From contig JAYTDA010000172.1 of the NCBI GenBank assembly GCA_043736155.1, positions 1,516 to 65,515 of the forward strand: a DNA stretch of 64,000 bases, written 5' to 3'. How positions within the stretch are numbered: position 1 is the first letter of the stretch; each line of letters opens with the position of its first letter. The DNA is from Paracoccaceae bacterium (GTDB lineage Bacteria > Pseudomonadota > Alphaproteobacteria > Rhodobacterales > Rhodobacteraceae). Shown here one piece after another: positions 63,013 through 64,000 of the stretch. The position numbers and the translations under genes were made by a program. The notes under the pieces are model-generated. The model saw only the letters and a program-made list of their open reading frames with translations, was not told the DNA's origin and did no database searches.

Positions 63013-63802
63013 ACCGACCGCCCCGGTGGCCCCCTGGCTCGGCGGCAAACGCAACCTCGCCAAACGGATCTGCGCAATCCTCGATGCCATGCCCTGCCAG
63101 ACCTATGCCGAACCCTTTGTCGGCATGGGTGGCATCTTTCTGCGCCGGTCTGCGCGGCCCCGCGCCGAGGTGATCAATGATCGCGGCCGTGATGTCTCCA
63201 ACCTCTTTCGCATCCTGCAGCGCCACTATCCCCAGTTTCTCGAGGTTCTGCGCTTCCAGCTGACCACCCGCGCCGAATTCAACCGCCTCGTCGACACCAA
63301 TCCCGACACCCTGACCGACCTCGAACGGGCGGCGCGATTCCTCTATCTCCAGCGCACCGCCTTTGGCGGCAAGGTCTCCGGCCGCAACTTCGGCGTGTCC
63401 CGCGACCGGCCCGGCCGCTTCAATCTGTCAACGCTGGAACCGATGCTCGAGGATCTGCACAGCCGCCTGGCCGGTGTGGTGATCGAATGCCTCGACTTTG
63501 GCGAGTTCGTCGCGCGCTACGATGGCCCCGCCACCGTCTTTTACCTCGATCCGCCCTATTGGGGCTGCGAGAATGACTATGGCAAGGCGATGTTCGAGCG
63601 GTCGGATTTCGAGCGCCTGGCCGACCAGCTGGCCCTGCTGCAAGGCCGCTTCCTGCTGTCCCTCAATGACGTGCCCGAGCTGCACCGGATCATGGCCCGC
63701 TTCACGATAGAAACCGTTCAAACCACCTATACCATCGGCCAGCAAAACGATGCCCGCCACACCCGGTCGGAACTGTTGATCACCGGCCCCAAACACCCCT
63801 GA
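62990..63802 (+). CDS. DNA N6-adenine methyltransferase (D12/Dam class)
   Basis: PWLGGKRNLAKRI...YAEPFVGMGGIFL (SAM motif), YLDPPYWG (DPPY catalytic motif). Its start overlaps the com 3' end by 23 nt. Confidence 0.85.
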   Translation: MTRLTPVEPTAPVAPWLGGKRNLAKRICAILDAMPCQTYAEPFVGMGGIFLRRSARPRAEVINDRGRDVSNLFRILQRHYPQFLEVLRFQLTTRAEFNRLVDTNPDTLTDLERAARFLYLQRTAFGGKVSGRNFGVSRDRPGRFNLSTLEPMLEDLHSRLAGVVIECLDFGEFVARYDGPATVFYLDPPYWGCENDYGKAMFERSDFERLADQLALLQGRFLLSLNDVPELHRIMARFTIETVQTTYTIGQQNDARHTRSELLITGPKHP

Positions 63803-63826
63803 AAACACCCTTTTCGCCCAAAACCG

Positions 63827-63946
63827 CTTCCTAGTTCGCCCCGCAGCAATGCAGGTGCAGCATTTTCCTAAGCCTCTGGGATTAAAGGCGTATTCGCTAA
63901 GTGGGAAGTGGAAACCGAACTATTACGCCAACTTCCTAGTTCGCCA
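63827..63946. repeat. two direct copies of CTTCCTAGTTCGCC, 106 bp apart
   Basis: Copies at 63827-63840 and 63933-63946, in the non-coding stretch after the methyltransferase. They may be end-binding sites or host sequence. Confidence 0.5.
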
Positions 63947-64000
63947 CCCTGTCACGGTGCCATTTTCCCCCTTGAATCCCCCTTGAACGCCCTTTTTATC

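Larger units (their letters stand above)
42700..64000 (-). mobile_element. Mu-like transposable prophage (morphogenesis-deficient or deleted); both ends uncertain, the repressor-proximal end possibly beyond the window
   Basis: Contains an S24 repressor and a divergent early operon with a DDE MuA-like transposase, MuB-like AAA+ ATPase, DUF3164, GemA/gp16, a Com zinc finger plus methyltransferase, and a gpJ-like protein with fibre genes. The left limit is bracketed by the ybjN start (42637) and the last tail gene stop (42993). Confidence 0.8.

Overview
High-GC (about two-thirds G+C by eye) alphaproteobacterial chromosome segment. REP families and gene content look Rhodobacterales-like, but that taxon call is inference. 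Positions 1-42.7 kb are mostly housekeeping genes: pyrB plus a PyrC'-like gene, phhA with an Lrp regulator, plsY, gshA, rsmE, ubiA, aspS, cfa, pabBC, carB, rhlE, tdk and proC. Interspersed are two RTX/T1SS-type secreted proteins, a VapC/Phd toxin-antitoxin pair, several REP/palindromic repeat families, and a small low-GC islet (32.4-34.6 kb) with a P63C-domain gene and orphan antitoxin-like genes. Positions ~42.7-64.0 kb are a Mu-like transposable prophage in inverted orientation. It has an S24 repressor with three operators, a long translationally coupled early operon (ParB-like, MuA-like DDE transposase, MuB-like ATPase, DUF3164, HNH, ASCH, GemA), and a Com zinc finger overlapping a Dam-class methyltransferase. 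Its most unusual property is that GemA is coupled directly to a gpI/gpJ-like host-specificity protein and about 4 kb of fibre genes. No terminase, portal, capsid, tail tube or tape-measure gene lies in between. Other points worth follow-up: an unknown gene coupled to the repressor, an in-frame low-GC insertion in aspS, an in-frame REP insertion in carB, phased 11-bp repeat arrays in two promoter regions, and a possible structured RNA upstream of tdk. All calls come from reading the sequence and ORF translations; no searches were run. Many long ORFs in the track are antisense artefacts of high GC and were not called.
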